A DNA stretch of 64,000 nucleotides from contig DATKPR010000093.1 of the NCBI GenBank assembly GCA_035523985.1, positions 50,044-114,043 of the forward strand, in the 5' to 3' direction. This DNA is from Steroidobacteraceae bacterium. Its GTDB lineage: Bacteria > Pseudomonadota > Gammaproteobacteria > Steroidobacterales > Steroidobacteraceae. Below the pieces are notes generated by a model. The model did no database searches. It was given only the letters and a program-made list of their open reading frames with translations, and was not told where the DNA came from. The translations under genes were made by a program, and so were the position numbers. How positions within the stretch are numbered: position 1 is the first letter of the stretch; every line of letters starts with the position of its first letter. This document shows positions 54,901-64,000 of the stretch, in pieces.

Positions 54901-57900
54901 ATGGACACGGAGCTCAAAGCCAAACCCGCGCCGGCGCGTGTCGAGCAGGTGCTGAGGGCATACGAAGCCAGTCTGCACGGCACCGCGCCCCGCAGCGCCG
55001 CGCACATCATCACCGGGCCGATGGGCGAGCTCCTCGGCTGGTCCGAGACGCTCCCCGCGCTGCTCGGACGCCAGGACGCGGCGATCCCGCCCACCACCCG
55101 TGCCTGGATCGAGCTCATCCACCCCTTCGATCGCGAGCGTTTCCGCCAGGGCGCGATCCGCGCCGCGCGCAGCGGGCAGCGCTCGCAGCTCGAGTTTCGG
55201 CTGCGCGACGGCGTTGGCAGGTGGATCCACCTGCACGCGACCATGGAGCCCCTCGACGCAGACCCCGGACCGGGAGGCGAGCGGCGCTGGATCTGCACCC
55301 TGCAGGATGTGAGCGCCGCGCGCCGCGCCGAGCAGGCGGTGCGCGCCAGCGAGCAGCACTACCGGCTGACCCTCGAGCAGGCCGCGGTCGGTATCGCGCA
55401 CACCTCGCTCGCCGGCGACCTGCACTTCGTCAACCAGACCTTCTGCGAGATGACGGGCTATGCGGCCGATGAGGTGCTGAAGCTCCATATCCGCGACCTG
55501 ACCCATCCGGAGGACATCGGCGCGAGCCTCGAGGGCCGGGCGCAATGTATCGAGCAGGCCGCACCTCCCTACCGGCGCGAGCTGCGCCTGCGCCGTAAGG
55601 ACGGCACGTGGCTGTGGGCCGACGTGACGACCTGTCTCGTGCGCGGCGCCGACAGCCGGCCGCTGCACTTCGTCACGGTGCTGAGCGACGTCTCCGAGCG
55701 CAAGCGCGCCGAGCAGGAAGTGGACCGCTTCCGCGCCGCGATGGACGCCTCCGCGGATGCGATCTTCATCGCCGAGCCGGGAACCATGCGTCTGCTCTAC
55801 GTGAACGAGACCGCGTGCCTGCGGCTGGGCGTGAGCCGCGAGCGGCTGCTGCAGACGCCGGTCTACGAGCTCCTCGGCCGCACCCGTGAGCAGGTGGCGC
55901 GCGAGCACGAGGCCATCATCGCGGCCGGCGATCGCGGCACGCGTACCGAAACGGACTACCGGCGCGGCGACGGCGCGCGTGGCTGGACCGAGCTGCACCG
56001 CAAGGCGCTCACCACCGCGGACGGCGCCGTGATCGTCACCGTGGCCCGCGACATCACCGAGCGCAAGGTGCAGCAGGAGAAGATCGAGCGGTTGAGCCGC
56101 GTGCACGCGATGCTCGGCGGCATCAACGCCGCCATCGTGCGCATGCGCGACCGCGACCAGCTGTTCCGCGAATGCTGCCGCATCGCGCACGAGGCCGGCG
56201 CTTTCGACGCGGTGTGGATCGGACTGATCGATGAGCAGCAGGGGAGCGTGCGGCCGGTTGCCTGCCACGGACAGGACGAGCGCATCGGGCAGCTGCGTAC
56301 GCAGTCCTTTGCGCTGCACGGCGGCGCCGATGGGGGACTGCTCGGGGCGATGCTGCGCGAGCGCCGGCCGGCGTGGAGCAACGACGTGCAGCGCGATCCG
56401 CGCGGCGCCGTCCCCGGCGTGAATCCGGGCGATGGCATCCGCTCGGCGGCGCTGCTGCCCCTGAGCGTCGGCGAGAGCGTGGTCGGAGTCATGGCGCTCT
56501 ATTCGCCCATGGGCGGCCATTTCGATGCGGCCGAAGTCAAGCTGCTCACGGACCTCGCGGCCGACATCTCCTTTGCGCTCGAGAGTCTCGCCAAGAGTGA
56601 GCGTGCCACCTATCTTGCGCTCTACGACGAGCTGACCGGGCTGCCCAACCGGCGGCTGTTCGCCGAGCGGCTCGCGCAGAGCATGCGCGCGGCCGGCCAG
56701 ACCCAGGGCCGGCTCGCGGTCGTCCTCATGGACGTCGAGCGGCTGCGCGCCGTGAACAAGACCCTCGGCTGGCGCGCCGGGGACGCGGTGCTGCGCATGG
56801 CGGGCGCGCGGCTCGCGAGCGCGGTCGGCGCCACCGCGGCCGGCAGGATCGACTCGAATTATTTCGCGCTCTTCCTGCCGAGCGTCAAGGATGCGGGCGA
56901 TGCCGAGCGTCAGCTGGCGGGCGTTGCGCGCAGCTGCTTCACCGAGCCCTTCGTGGTCGAGGAGACGGAGCTGCGCATCGGGGCCAAGGCCGGGCTGGCG
57001 CTCTTCCCGAGCGACGGCATCGAGGCCGAGACGCTGCTGGTCAACGCGGAGGCGGCGCTGCGCAAGGCAAAGGCCACCGGCGAGCGTAACTTCTTCTACG
57101 TACCCGAGGAGTGCGAGCGCACCGGCTCATGGCTGCGGCTCGAGAACAAGCTCGGCCGGGCGCTCGAGCGCGGCGAGTTCACGCTCCACTACCAGCCCAA
57201 GGTCGATACCGTGACGCGCTGCGTGGTGGGCGTCGAGGCGCTGATCCGCTGGCAGAGCCCCGAGCTCGGGCTGGTGCCGCCGGCGCAGTTCATCCCGCTC
57301 ACCGAGGAGACCGGCATGATCCTCGAAGTGGGTGCCTGGGCGCTCGAGCGCGCCGCCCTCGATCAGCGCCGCTGGACCGAGCAGGGGTTCGGGGGCCTGC
57401 GCGTCGCGGTCAACGTGTCGGCGATCCAGCTGCGCCAGCGGGACTTCGTGCGCACCGTCGAGCAGGCCATCCGCGCCGGAGCCGAACCCTGCGGCCTCGA
57501 CCTCGAGATCACCGAGAGCCTGGTGATGGATGACGTCGAGGCGAACATCCGCAGACTGCACGAGCTGCGCGCCCTCGGCGTGCAGATCGCAATCGACGAC
57601 TTCGGTACCGGGTACTCCTCGCTCGCCTATCTCGCGAAGCTCCCGGTCGCGAGCATCAAGATCGACCGCTCCTTCGTGAGCGCCATGCTCACGGATCCGG
57701 CCTCGATGACGCTGGTACAGACGATCATCTCGCTCTCCCACACGCTCGGCCGCCAGGTGATCGCCGAGGGCGTCGAGCAGGAGGAGCAGGCTCGGTACCT
57801 GCGGCTGCTGCGCTGCGACCAGATGCAGGGCTTTCTGATGAGCCAGGCGCTTCCCTACGAGGGCCTGATGAGCTTTCTCGCCACGAGCGGGGTGCCCACC

Positions 57901-57924
57901 GCCGCGGCCGGACCCCGGACGTGA
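54901..57924 (+). CDS. PAS-PAS-PAS-GAF-GGDEF-EAL protein (degenerate GGDEF, intact EAL)
   Basis: Multiple PAS modules, GAF, LYDELTGLPNR, A-site position reads GRIDSNYF. EAL: [43 protein letters not shown]. Confidence 0.9.
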   Translation: MDTELKAKPAPARVEQVLRAYEASLHGTAPRSAAHIITGPMGELLGWSETLPALLGRQDAAIPPTTRAWIELIHPFDRERFRQGAIRAARSGQRSQLEFRLRDGVGRWIHLHATMEPLDADPGPGGERRWICTLQDVSAARRAEQAVRASEQHYRLTLEQAAVGIAHTSLAGDLHFVNQTFCEMTGYAADEVLKLHIRDLTHPEDIGASLEGRAQCIEQAAPPYRRELRLRRKDGTWLWADVTTCLVRGADSRPLHFVTVLSDVSERKRAEQEVDRFRAAMDASADAIFIAEPGTMRLLYVNETACLRLGVSRERLLQTPVYELLGRTREQVAREHEAIIAAGDRGTRTETDYRRGDGARGWTELHRKALTTADGAVIVTVARDITERKVQQEKIERLSRVHAMLGGINAAIVRMRDRDQLFRECCRIAHEAGAFDAVWIGLIDEQQGSVRPVACHGQDERIGQLRTQSFALHGGADGGLLGAMLRERRPAWSNDVQRDPRGAVPGVNPGDGIRSAALLPLSVGESVVGVMALYSPMGGHFDAAEVKLLTDLAADISFALESLAKSERATYLALYDELTGLPNRRLFAERLAQSMRAAGQTQGRLAVVLMDVERLRAVNKTLGWRAGDAVLRMAGARLASAVGATAAGRIDSNYFALFLPSVKDAGDAERQLAGVARSCFTEPFVVEETELRIGAKAGLALFPSDGIEAETLLVNAEAALRKAKATGERNFFYVPEECERTGSWLRLENKLGRALERGEFTLHYQPKVDTVTRCVVGVEALIRWQSPELGLVPPAQFIPLTEETGMILEVGAWALERAALDQRRWTEQGFGGLRVAVNVSAIQLRQRDFVRTVEQAIRAGAEPCGLDLEITESLVMDDVEANIRRLHELRALGVQIAIDDFGTGYSSLAYLAKLPVASIKIDRSFVSAMLTDPASMTLVQTIISLSHTLGRQVIAEGVEQEEQARYLRLLRCDQMQGFLMSQALPYEGLMSFLATSGVPTAAAGPRT

Positions 57925-58074
57925 GCTGCATCGCAGTTTGGGGAAAGCCGGCCTGCATTGGCCTCAGTGGCCGCTCTGGCGGCCGATACAGGGATCGGCG
58001 GGCTGAGCCGCCGGGCGGTCAACCGGCCTCGGCCCCCGCCATCCACTGTCGTCGCTCGCCCCGGGGGATAGCTG

Positions 58075-60279
58075 ATGAAGGCGGCCGTACCTGCAGAGTC
58101 CTTGTTCGCCTCCTACGCGCAGCTCACTAAGGTCCTGCTGCCGGAGGCTAAAGGGATCGCGCTGCTCGACGGGGCGCTCGGCGCTTTCGGCCACACGGGC
58201 GGCGCCGACCCCAAAGCGCTCGCGTCCTGGTTGCGCCAGCTCGGATGGACCGAGCGCGCCGCCCGCGTCCCGACCTGCAGCGCGCCACGCAAGGGCTGCT
58301 GCGCCACGGCCATCCCGCTCGAGCGCAGCGACGGCACGCTGCTCGGGGTGCTGTGCATCGTCGAGCCCGCGGGCTCAGCCGCGGGCGCAGCGCACAAGAA
58401 CGCCCGCTCCCTCGCCCAGAAGCTCAAGCCGGTGCTGGACAGCCTGCATCGGGAGCTCGCCGCCGTGACTCCCGAACGCACCCGCAAGCAGGTGCTCACC
58501 GAGCGCACCGCCGAGCTCGAGTGGCTGTTCAAGGTCACGTCCAAGCTGCACGGGACCACCGACGACCGCCACGTCCTCGAGGAACTCCTGAGCGCGGCGA
58601 CCGAGCGCCTCAAGAGCTCGTTCGGAGTCATCGTCGTGCCCGACCGGCGGCTCACCCTCGAGCAGGTACGCGACCCGGAGCACGCCGCGTTGCTGCGCGC
58701 CTCCTGGCAACAGGCCCACAAGCACCTGCTCACCTGGGTCGAGCGGCGCCGCCGGCCGCTGCTCGCCAATGGCGCCGGGCGCGGCGGGCAGAGGATCGCG
58801 CGCTGCAAGCTGCTCGCGGTGCCGATCATGCGCGACAGCGGACGGGTGATGGGACTGATGGCGTTCTTCAACGCGCCGGACGGCGCGGATTTCGAGCGCC
58901 GCCACGCCTTCCTCGCCCGCCACCTCGGCAAGCAGACCGCCGGCCTCGTCGAGGCGCAGTTCGACCTCATGACCGGCCTCTACACGCGCGAGGGCCTCAC
59001 CCAGATGTACCGCCGCCTGGCGGACCCGGCCGACGGCGCCGAGCGCAGCGTGCTGTACGTCGACATCGATCACATGCACGTGGTGAACGAGCTGCACGGC
59101 TTCGAGCTCGGCAACGAGCTGATCGTGCGGATCGCGGACCTGCTGGCGCCGCCGCTGCTGCCCGAGGGCGCACTCGCGGCGCGCATCTCCGCGGATCGCT
59201 TCGCGGTCGTGTTTCCCGAGATCGACACCCGCGGCGCCGTCGAGGTCGGTACCCGGCTGCAGGAGGCGGCGGGGCGGCTGGTCCTGGGTCCTGCCGGCAA
59301 CCCGGTCGACGTGTCGCTCAGCTGCGGGGTCGCCGCCCTGGTCGCCATGCCGCAGGGGCTTGCGCGGGCGCTCGCCGCCGCCGAAATCGCCTGTAAGTCC
59401 GCGAAGAACCGCGGGCGCCGGCGCGTCGAGCTCTACGCCTGCGACGACCAGAGCATGATGCGCCGGCACGACGACGTGGTTGCCGTGGGGCAGCTGCGCT
59501 CGGCCTTCAAGAGCGACCGGTTGCTGCTCTATGCGCAGCGCATCGTGCCGCTGCAGGATGCGAGCCTGCCGGGCGGGTACGAGATCCTGATGCGGCTGCG
59601 GACCGCCGACGGCGGCGTCGTGGCCCCCGGTGCCCTGATCAACGCCGCCAACCGCTATCAGCTGCTGCCCTCGGTGGATCGCTGGATCTCGCAGCGCGCG
59701 CTGCAGACTCTGGCACCCTACCGGCGCATGCTGCGCAGCCGCGGCATCAGCGTGTCGATCAACATCTCCGGCCAGTCGCTCGGGGATGAGACCTTCATCC
59801 ACCAGCTGCGCGAGCATCTCAGGGCCGCCAGCCTGCCGCCCGGGGCTCTGACCATCGAGATCACCGAGCAGGCGGCGCTGCGCAGCCTCGCGCGCGCCAG
59901 CGAGCTGATCCAGATGCTCAAGCCCCTCGGCTGCCAGTTCGCGCTCGATGACTTCGGCACCGGCGCGAACTCGCTGACCTATCTGAAGACGCTCGCCGTG
60001 CAGCGCGTCAAGATCGACGGCAGCTTCGTGCGCGACATCGTCACCAACCCGCGCTCCCAGGCCGTGGTCGCGGGGATCGTGGAGCTGGCCCGGGGGTTCG
60101 AGGTCAATACCGTGGCGGAATTCGTCGAGAACGAGGCGATCGCGGATGCGGTCCGCAAGCTCGGTGTCGACTATGCCCAGGGCTACGCCTTCGGCAAGCC
60201 CGAGCCGCTGCCGGCGCTGCTGGAAGGTCTGGCGCACGAGGAATCGCAGCGCCTGCACCGCCTGTTCCTCGAGATGTAG
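58075..60279 (+). CDS. GAF-like N-terminal region plus degenerate GGDEF plus EAL protein
   Basis: FDLMTGLYTREGL, A-site position reads RISADRF. EAL-type domain with YEILMRL, NISGQSL, EITEQ, LDDFGTGANSL, AEFVENE, QGYAFG. Confidence 0.85.
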   Translation: MKAAVPAESLFASYAQLTKVLLPEAKGIALLDGALGAFGHTGGADPKALASWLRQLGWTERAARVPTCSAPRKGCCATAIPLERSDGTLLGVLCIVEPAGSAAGAAHKNARSLAQKLKPVLDSLHRELAAVTPERTRKQVLTERTAELEWLFKVTSKLHGTTDDRHVLEELLSAATERLKSSFGVIVVPDRRLTLEQVRDPEHAALLRASWQQAHKHLLTWVERRRRPLLANGAGRGGQRIARCKLLAVPIMRDSGRVMGLMAFFNAPDGADFERRHAFLARHLGKQTAGLVEAQFDLMTGLYTREGLTQMYRRLADPADGAERSVLYVDIDHMHVVNELHGFELGNELIVRIADLLAPPLLPEGALAARISADRFAVVFPEIDTRGAVEVGTRLQEAAGRLVLGPAGNPVDVSLSCGVAALVAMPQGLARALAAAEIACKSAKNRGRRRVELYACDDQSMMRRHDDVVAVGQLRSAFKSDRLLLYAQRIVPLQDASLPGGYEILMRLRTADGGVVAPGALINAANRYQLLPSVDRWISQRALQTLAPYRRMLRSRGISVSINISGQSLGDETFIHQLREHLRAASLPPGALTIEITEQAALRSLARASELIQMLKPLGCQFALDDFGTGANSLTYLKTLAVQRVKIDGSFVRDIVTNPRSQAVVAGIVELARGFEVNTVAEFVENEAIADAVRKLGVDYAQGYAFGKPEPLPALLEGLAHEESQRLHRLFLEM

Positions 60280-60291
60280 CGGCGCGTGGCC

Positions 60292-62085
60292 TCAGCCGCC
60301 GCGCACCGCAGCGGCGGCACCCGTGAGAGCGCGGCAGGTCGACTCGCGCAGCGTCTCGAGCTCATCGAGCGTACCGGCGGGAATGGTCTCGCCCGCGCGC
60401 GCGCGCCGCTCGATGTGCGCGCAGCGCGCCGCCAGGGCGGCAGCCCCGAGCGCGCCGGCCGAGCCGCGCAGCCTGTGCGCCGCCTGCCGCAGCGCCGCGA
60501 GGTCCTGCCGGCGCAGCGCCCCCTGCATCGCCACGAGCTGCTCGCGCGAGGACTCGGCGAAGCGCGCCGCCAGCGGCGCGAATTGCGCTCCCGCCGCGGC
60601 ACGCATTTCCGCGAGGTGCGCGTGATCGAGAAGCGCGCTCGCCGTGGCCGGCGCGGGCAGCTGCGGTGCGGGCGCATCCGGCGTGGCTGCAGCCCCCGTG
60701 CACCAGCGCTGCAACAGCGCGCCGACCGCCTCCAGGCTGATCGGCTTCGGCAGGAAGCCGTCCATGCCGCTCGCGGCGCAGCGGGCCCGTTCCTCGCGCG
60801 AGGTGCTGGCGGAGACGCCCACGATCGGCAGTCGCGCCGCGCCGCCCGCGCTCTCCTGCGAGCGGATCGCGCGCGCACACTCGAAGCCGTCGAGTCCGGG
60901 CATATGACAGTCCATCAGCACCAGGGCGGGGCGCGACTCGCGCAGCCGCTCGAGCGCCTCGCGTCCGTCGGCGGCAAAATGCGTCCGGCAGCCCCAGGCG
61001 CCGAGGATGACGGCGGCCACTTCGCGGTTGACCTCGTTGTCGTCGACGACCAGCACCGTCGCGTCGTAGCGCCGCCCGGGCCGGCTGCCCTCGCCGCCCG
61101 GCGCGTCCGCGAGCGGGACCGGCCCGCGCGCTGCGGCGAGCGGCAGCGCGAAGGAGAAGCGGCTGCCGCGGCCGGGCGCGCTGGTCACCTCAATTTCCGC
61201 TCCCATCATCGCGAGCAGCTGCTTGCAGATCGCCAGCCCGAGGCCGCTGCCGCCGTATCTGCGGCTGGTGGAGGCCTCAGCCTGCGTGAACGCGGTGAAC
61301 AGCGTGCGCTGCGCGTCGCGGGCAATCCCGATCCCGGAATCCTCGACGGCAAAGCGCACCAGCGGCTCGGAGGAGGCGGCGGGCTCGCACTCGAGGCGCA
61401 CACACACGAAGCCCTGAGCCGTGAACTTGAGCGCGTTGCTCACGAGATTGCCGAGCACCTGCATGAGACGGGTGGGATCGCCGGCAACCGCGCGCGGCAC
61501 GCCGCCGGCGATCACGAGCTCGAGGGTGAGGTGCTTGCGCTCGGCCTCCCGGCTCCACAGCAGGATCAGCCGCCGCATCAGGGCGTGCAGATCGAAGTCG
61601 AGGGTTTCGAGCTCGAGCTTGCCGGCCTCGATCTTGGAGAAGTCGAGAATGTCGTCGATGATGGAGAGCAGCGAGGCGGCGCAGGCGTGCGCCGTGTGCG
61701 CGTAGCCTGCCTGGCGCGGATCGCTCAGGCCGGTGCGCAGTACGTCGAGCATCCCGAGCACCCCGTTCATGGGGGTGCGGATCTCGTGGCTCATGCGGGC
61801 CAGGAACTCGCTCTTGGCCGCATCCGCGCGCTCCGCGGCCGCCACCGCGTGCGCGGCCTCGCTGGTGCGCTCGCGCACGCGCGCTTCGAGCTCGGCATTG
61901 AGGCGGCTGAGCTCCTGGTTCTTCTGGTAGAGATCCTGGGAGGTAGCCTCGAGCACCGCATCGAGCACCGCCTGCGCCTCGCGGCGCGAGCCGCGCTCCT
62001 GGTCCAGCTCCTCCCGCAGACGGCGCACCGCCGCCGATTCCGCATCGGCGCCGGCGGGCGTGGGGTCGGGCAGGGTCGATGACAT
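60292..62085 (-). CDS. soluble hybrid histidine kinase: coiled coil plus HisKA plus HATPase_c plus REC plus HPt
   Basis: H-box FLARMSHEIRTPMNGVLGM, G-box GSGLGLAI, REC (VLVVDDNEVNREV, LVLMDCHMPGLDG), and a C-terminal HPt (AAHRLRGSAGALGAAAL). No TM or recognisable sensor domain. Confidence 0.9.
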   Translation of the reverse strand: MSSTLPDPTPAGADAESAAVRRLREELDQERGSRREAQAVLDAVLEATSQDLYQKNQELSRLNAELEARVRERTSEAAHAVAAAERADAAKSEFLARMSHEIRTPMNGVLGMLDVLRTGLSDPRQAGYAHTAHACAASLLSIIDDILDFSKIEAGKLELETLDFDLHALMRRLILLWSREAERKHLTLELVIAGGVPRAVAGDPTRLMQVLGNLVSNALKFTAQGFVCVRLECEPAASSEPLVRFAVEDSGIGIARDAQRTLFTAFTQAEASTSRRYGGSGLGLAICKQLLAMMGAEIEVTSAPGRGSRFSFALPLAAARGPVPLADAPGGEGSRPGRRYDATVLVVDDNEVNREVAAVILGAWGCRTHFAADGREALERLRESRPALVLMDCHMPGLDGFECARAIRSQESAGGAARLPIVGVSASTSREERARCAASGMDGFLPKPISLEAVGALLQRWCTGAAATPDAPAPQLPAPATASALLDHAHLAEMRAAAGAQFAPLAARFAESSREQLVAMQGALRRQDLAALRQAAHRLRGSAGALGAAALAARCAHIERRARAGETIPAGTLDELETLRESTCRALTGAAAAVRGG

Positions 62086-62159
62086 ACAATGCGCGCGCAG
62101 GGGGCCTGCGACGTTATCGGCGCCCCGCTGCGGAAACTTGAGGGAGACGCTTACCGTCG

Positions 62160-62564
62160 ATGGGCACGGACGAGACGGTCGATTTGAGGAACCGCACGGT
62201 GATGATCGTCGACGACGACGACGTCATCCGCGGCCTGCTGCGCTCACTGCTGCGCATCGCGGGCCTGGAAGTGGTTGCGGAGAGTCCCGGGGCCGAGCGC
62301 GCCCTGGCCGACTACCGGCGGTTGCGTCCCGAGATCGTATGCCTCGACATCGACATGCCCGGGGTCGACGGGCTCGCGGTGCTCGGCCAGATTCGTGAGC
62401 TGAGCCAGGATGCCATCGTCATCATGATCAGCGCCGAGACCACCGAGGGCAATACGCGCAAGGCCATCGAGGCGAAGGCCGACGGCGTCATCGCCAAGCC
62501 GTTCACGACCGCGCGCGTGACCGGGGCCATCGAGCGGGCTCTGCGGCGACGCTCGAGTGCCTGA
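62160..62564 (+). CDS. single-domain CheY-like response regulator
   Basis: VMIVDDDDVIRGLL, IVCLDIDMPGVDG, and MISAETT...GVIAKP. Confidence 0.9.
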   Translation: MGTDETVDLRNRTVMIVDDDDVIRGLLRSLLRIAGLEVVAESPGAERALADYRRLRPEIVCLDIDMPGVDGLAVLGQIRELSQDAIVIMISAETTEGNTRKAIEAKADGVIAKPFTTARVTGAIERALRRRSSA

Positions 62565-62594
62565 AGCGCGGCGCGCCTGCGCGTGCCAGGCGCC

Positions 62595-64000
62595 CTAACG
62601 CAGGTAGCGGTCGAACCAGGCGAGCGTGCGCTGCATGGCATCGGCCGTGTGAGCGGGCTCGCGCAGGCCGTGGCCCTCGCCTGGATAGATCATGACCGAG
62701 GTCGGCACGCCAAGCTCGCGCAGGGCATGCCAGAACTCCACGGTCTGCGAGGCCGGGCACTCGATGTCGCGCTCGCCCACGTAGGCGAAGGTGGGGGTGC
62801 GGACGTTGCGGATGAAGTCGATGGGCGAGGAGCGCGCGTACACCGCGGGGTCCGCGTAGACGCTGGCACCGAAGTAGGGCAGCAACCACTCGTCGATCCC
62901 GTTCTCGCCGTAGTAGCTCAGCCAGTCGCTCACCCCGGCGGCCGCGACCCCCGCCTTGAAGCGCTGCGTCTGGGTGACCGCCCACATGGTCATGAAGCCG
63001 CCGTAGCTGCCGCCGGTGATTCCGAGCCGCGCCTCGTCGATCGGGGCGCCGGCTTCGCTCGCGTCGATTCCGGCAAGGATATCGCGCAGGTCCCCGTGCC
63101 CGAGGTCGCGCACGTTGGCGAGCGTGAACGCCTCACCCTGGCCGTAGCTGCCGCGCGGGTTGGGGCGGAACACCGCCCAGCCGCGCTTCAGCATCTCCTC
63201 CTGGGTGCCGGGACCGGCGAACGCCGGCACGGCGGCCGCCGCCGGGCCGCCATGGATGATCGTCACCAGTGGCACCTTGCCCCGGGCCTGCGCCGGCAGC
63301 AGCAGCCAACCCTGCACATTCCAGCCCTCGCTCTTCCAGTGCAGGCTCCTCGCCTGCGCGAGGCTCGTCAGTCCCTCGTTGAGGTGCGTCAGGTCCCGCC
63401 AGTGACCGGGCGTGCCGATCTCGATCTCGGGGGGCGCGGTGTAGCTCTCGTGAGACACGGCGCGCAGTCCCGAAGGGCAGGCATCGGAGCGCACCGCGGC
63501 ATCGCTCGCGAGCGAATCGGCCTCGCTGCCGAGGACAGTCACCGCGCCGGGCGCCTTGCCTGCGCCGAGATCGACGAGCTGTTGCCGATCGTCCGCGAGC
63601 AGCGCCGCCTGCAGCGTCCCCGTGCAGCTCCAGCCGAGCGCGCGCGCCGAGGCCGGCATGGCGGGGGTGAGGTTGACGGCGGGTCCGCCGGCGAGCGGCA
63701 CGCTGTAGACATCGCCCCCGGTCGAGCCGAAATCGCTCATGATGCCGCCGATGAAGGCGACGGTCATGCCGTCGGGTGACACCGTGGGCTTGGCGATCTG
63801 CTGGCGCGGATCGCTCTGGACGTAGAGCGTGCGTGCGGCGGCGGCGTCGCGGCCGAAAGCGTAAAGCTTCGCGGTCCACCAGTGGCTGTCGCCGTCGCCG
63901 GGCGAGGCGGTGCCCACGAAGCCGCTGCCATCGGGCAGCCAGTCGTACTCGTAGACGAACAGGCCGGGTGGGGAGGCCCAGCGCAGCGCATGCCCGGCGA
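62595..64000 (-). CDS. S9-family serine peptidase (propeller plus alpha/beta hydrolase), 5' end beyond the right edge
   Basis: Catalytic GGSYGGFMT, with GERDIECP and GEGHGL blocks. The reading frame stays open upstream of the ORF-track GTG at 63917 all the way to 64000 (…WLPDGSGFVGTASPGDG…), so the gene is truncated by the window. Confidence 0.8.
   Translation of the reverse strand, partial: AGHALRWASPPGLFVYEYDWLPDGSGFVGTASPGDGDSHWWTAKLYAFGRDAAAARTLYVQSDPRQQIAKPTVSPDGMTVAFIGGIMSDFGSTGGDVYSVPLAGGPAVNLTPAMPASARALGWSCTGTLQAALLADDRQQLVDLGAGKAPGAVTVLGSEADSLASDAAVRSDACPSGLRAVSHESYTAPPEIEIGTPGHWRDLTHLNEGLTSLAQARSLHWKSEGWNVQGWLLLPAQARGKVPLVTIIHGGPAAAAVPAFAGPGTQEEMLKRGWAVFRPNPRGSYGQGEAFTLANVRDLGHGDLRDILAGIDASEAGAPIDEARLGITGGSYGGFMTMWAVTQTQRFKAGVAAAGVSDWLSYYGENGIDEWLLPYFGASVYADPAVYARSSPIDFIRNVRTPTFAYVGERDIECPASQTVEFWHALRELGVPTSVMIYPGEGHGLREPAHTADAMQRTLAWFDRYLR

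Noticed and set aside
57969-57984. Small hairpin (ggccgc-tctg-gcggcc) after the PAS-GAF-GGDEF-EAL gene as a terminator
   Set aside because: It has only a 6-bp stem and no T-tract. Hairpins like this arise by chance in sequence this GC-rich.
58375-60258. 627-aa minus-strand ORF
   Set aside because: It is antisense to the GAF-GGDEF-EAL gene, which has clear GGDEF and EAL landmarks. The antisense product has no motif support.
1-64000. Mobile elements, prophage, CRISPR, tRNA or rRNA anywhere in the window
   Set aside because: I recognised no transposase, integrase or phage structural motifs in any frame. There are no spacer-separated repeat arrays and no tRNA-like or rRNA-like sequence. AT-rich patches are short and confined to intergenic promoter regions.

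Overview
A 64-kb, very GC-rich chromosomal segment of Gram-negative (proteobacterial) type. The evidence for that is a TonB-dependent receptor, a FecI/FecR pair, TAT-exported periplasmic enzymes and many 4-nt stop/start overlaps. I found no rRNA, tRNA, CRISPR array, transposase, integrase or phage gene, so this looks like core or accessory metabolism and signalling rather than a mobile island. About 48 CDS can be supported. Left to right: (1) a truncated class II aldolase, a secreted protein with two TonB-C-like domains, a His-rich CDF metal exporter, a secreted protein of unknown family, a BBE-type FAD oxidase and a large wHTH-STAND-TPR regulator. (2) A tightly packed inositol catabolic operon (iolC fusion, iolD, iolE, iolB, iolG) extended by a class-III aminotransferase. 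It converges on a ribose-type sugar ABC importer operon that ends in an arginase-family ureohydrolase. (3) A TAT small subunit, GMC flavoenzyme and TAT TIM-barrel operon that runs into two FtsX-type permeases with no ATPase. (4) A di-heme peroxidase divergent from an ECF sigma and Ser/Thr kinase pair. (5) A minus-strand run of Na/Pi transporter, S9 peptidase, orphan XdhC, DUF2937 and Tricorn-like protease. (6) A paralogue of the unknown secreted protein, a methyltransferase, YciI and UrcA, then a FecI-FecR-TonB-dependent transducer set and a secreted AHL-lactonase-like MBL. (7) A membrane pseudokinase with a periplasmic TonB-C-like domain, translationally coupled to a FlK-type thioesterase. 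(8) A 14-kb signalling island holding three GGDEF-EAL proteins with non-canonical GGDEF motifs, two histidine kinases, two CheY-like regulators and one FixJ-type regulator. (9) A truncated S9 peptidase at the right edge. The most unusual items are the aminotransferase plus ureohydrolase additions to the inositol and ABC cluster, and the pseudokinase-TonB-C-thioesterase pair. All functional calls come from motif recognition by eye; no database search was run. The supplied ORF track uses alternative start codons and longest ORFs, so several starts were re-derived from the sequence.
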